From contig USAE01000002.1 of the NCBI GenBank assembly GCA_900552655.1, positions 1 to 59,020 on the forward strand: DNA of 59,020 bases, given 5' to 3'. Shown piece after piece: positions 57,979 through 59,020 of this stretch (positions are counted from its first letter, which is position 1; each line of letters begins with the position of its first letter). The stretch comes from an uncultured Clostridium sp. (GTDB lineage: Bacteria; Bacillota; Clostridia; TANB77; CAG-508). The notes beneath the pieces are model-generated. The model did not search any database. It was not told where the DNA came from and saw only the letters and a list, made by a program, of their open reading frames with translations. Position numbers and translations under genes: made by a program.

Positions 57979-58139
57979 ATGTTTAAAACCTCCTAAAAAT
58001 GTCCTTATTCATATTATCTATTTTATACATAACAATCATACACAAAAATACAAAAAAAGTCCATACAAAACTAAAAAAAATTAAAAAAATATTGACATTA
58101 TAAAATCTTAAATATATCTTAAAGGAAAGGAGTGATAAC

Positions 58140-59020
58140 ATGGATGAATATATGCAAAAACTAGTGAAAAGTAAAGAATTTGAAATATATAAAAATTTAG
58201 ATAAAGCAACGCTAAAAATAATGTTAATGTACCTAAAATTTAATTTAATAGAAATATATAAACAAAATGAAAATGAAGCAAGTAATAATCAAATTAGATA
58301 TGCTGTTATAAAAAGTTGTATCCCATCAGATTACAATTATTTAGAGTTTTTGATGGACTGTAATTATAGAATTAATTTAAATCTTGCAAGAAATGTCTTT
58401 ATAGACAGAATTGGAGAAAAGAAAAACAAATGCCAAAATTGCAATATAGGGTATTGCATTAAATATTTATTAAGAAATTTTTTATGCGAAATATTAAAAA
58501 TACAAAATAGGGATAAAAGTATAATAAATGCTGAAGAATTAATAAAACAATTTTTAAATGAAGAAGATAACATTGTGTTAAATAACACGGCAAAAGTTCA
58601 ATTTGATAATATAGATATAGTTTCTTTAATGTTTGTAGAATTAATTTTAAAAAATAAATTTATACAATTAAAAGAATATAATGAGGAAACAAAAATAGCT
58701 AAATTTAATGTATTAAACTTAGTAAATTTAGAAGATTATACTTATTATATTAATAAAATACATCAATACTATTCTGGAGACTATAACAATGAAGTTGCAA
58801 TTAATATAGATGAATTTGAAAAAAGTATCAATCCTGCAGATGTGACCAATTATAAATATATTTATAAGCTAGCTTCATATTATACATTTTTAATAGAAAA
58901 TAAAAAAATAGATGTTATAAAACAATTAGAAAAATATATATTACAAAGAAATAAAGATAAAATTAGTAATAGAGGTAAATTATTTAATAGAATATATTTA
59001 GAACGTGTAGAAAAATTATC
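58140..59020 (+). CDS. Hypothetical protein, 3'-truncated by the window edge (not in the ORF track because there is no stop)
   Basis: RBS AAAGGAGTG 6 nt before ATG 58140. The frame is open for 293 codons to the end of the window. Contains C-x2-C-x4-C (CQNCNIGYC). No family recognised. Confidence 0.6.
   Translation, partial: MDEYMQKLVKSKEFEIYKNLDKATLKIMLMYLKFNLIEIYKQNENEASNNQIRYAVIKSCIPSDYNYLEFLMDCNYRINLNLARNVFIDRIGEKKNKCQNCNIGYCIKYLLRNFLCEILKIQNRDKSIINAEELIKQFLNEEDNIVLNNTAKVQFDNIDIVSLMFVELILKNKFIQLKEYNEETKIAKFNVLNLVNLEDYTYYINKIHQYYSGDYNNEVAINIDEFEKSINPADVTNYKYIYKLASYYTFLIENKKIDVIKQLEKYILQRNKDKISNRGKLFNRIYLERVEKL

Noticed and set aside
853-58588. The many 60-190-aa ORFs in the track lying antisense to or out of frame within longer genes (for example 853-1128, 2475-2822, 15002-15571, 22390-22701, 23411-23932, 31489-31911, 35429-35854, 42451-43289, 45773-46225, 54807-55184, 58364-58588).
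   Set aside because: They are low-complexity I/L/F/S-rich translations with no RBS and are fully nested in well-supported genes. Such shadow ORFs are expected in very AT-rich DNA.
1-59020. Prophage, IS element, conjugative element, CRISPR-Cas or restriction-modification genes.
   Set aside because: I recognised no integrase, transposase, capsid/terminase, Cas, methyltransferase or relaxase motifs in any long ORF.

Overview
This is a very AT-rich chromosomal segment in which almost all genes lie on the + strand. It looks like a low-GC, spore-forming Firmicute of the Clostridia type, judged from a Spo0E-family gene preceded by Spo0A-box-like sites, a DUF1540 gene, Ddh and QueH. I count about 55 protein genes. 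I saw no rRNA, tRNA, CRISPR array, transposase or integrase. Housekeeping genes (prs, ruvB, queH, ddh, cysK, polA, galE, nadD, argS, glmM, metG, fba, smpB) are interleaved with a dense set of envelope-glycosylation genes: two GtrB/CsbB-like GT2, one further GT2, one GT4, three GtrII-like and three ArnT/PMT-like polytopic GT-C proteins, one of them frameshifted. There is also an operon for two large secreted cell-wall hydrolases carrying seven ricin-type lectin modules. The most unusual observations are these. (1) At 17.6-20.8 kb a mosaic of accessory cassettes (GNAT, RhuM, ASCH-NTP-pyrophosphatase fusion, HTH remnant, GNAT) sits behind queH and is delimited by decayed duplicates of the queH 3' end; it is a possible integration or defence hot spot with no recombinase in view. 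(2) A 32-nt palindromic element (GGGAT-N3-GGGACG-N9-ATCCC) occurs four times at gene 3' ends, twice translated as a C-terminal tail, and is associated with a second modular ~100-bp hairpin repeat. (3) The lectin-carrying autolysins are genetically embedded in the glycosylation locus. All function calls rest on motifs read by eye; no database search was possible.
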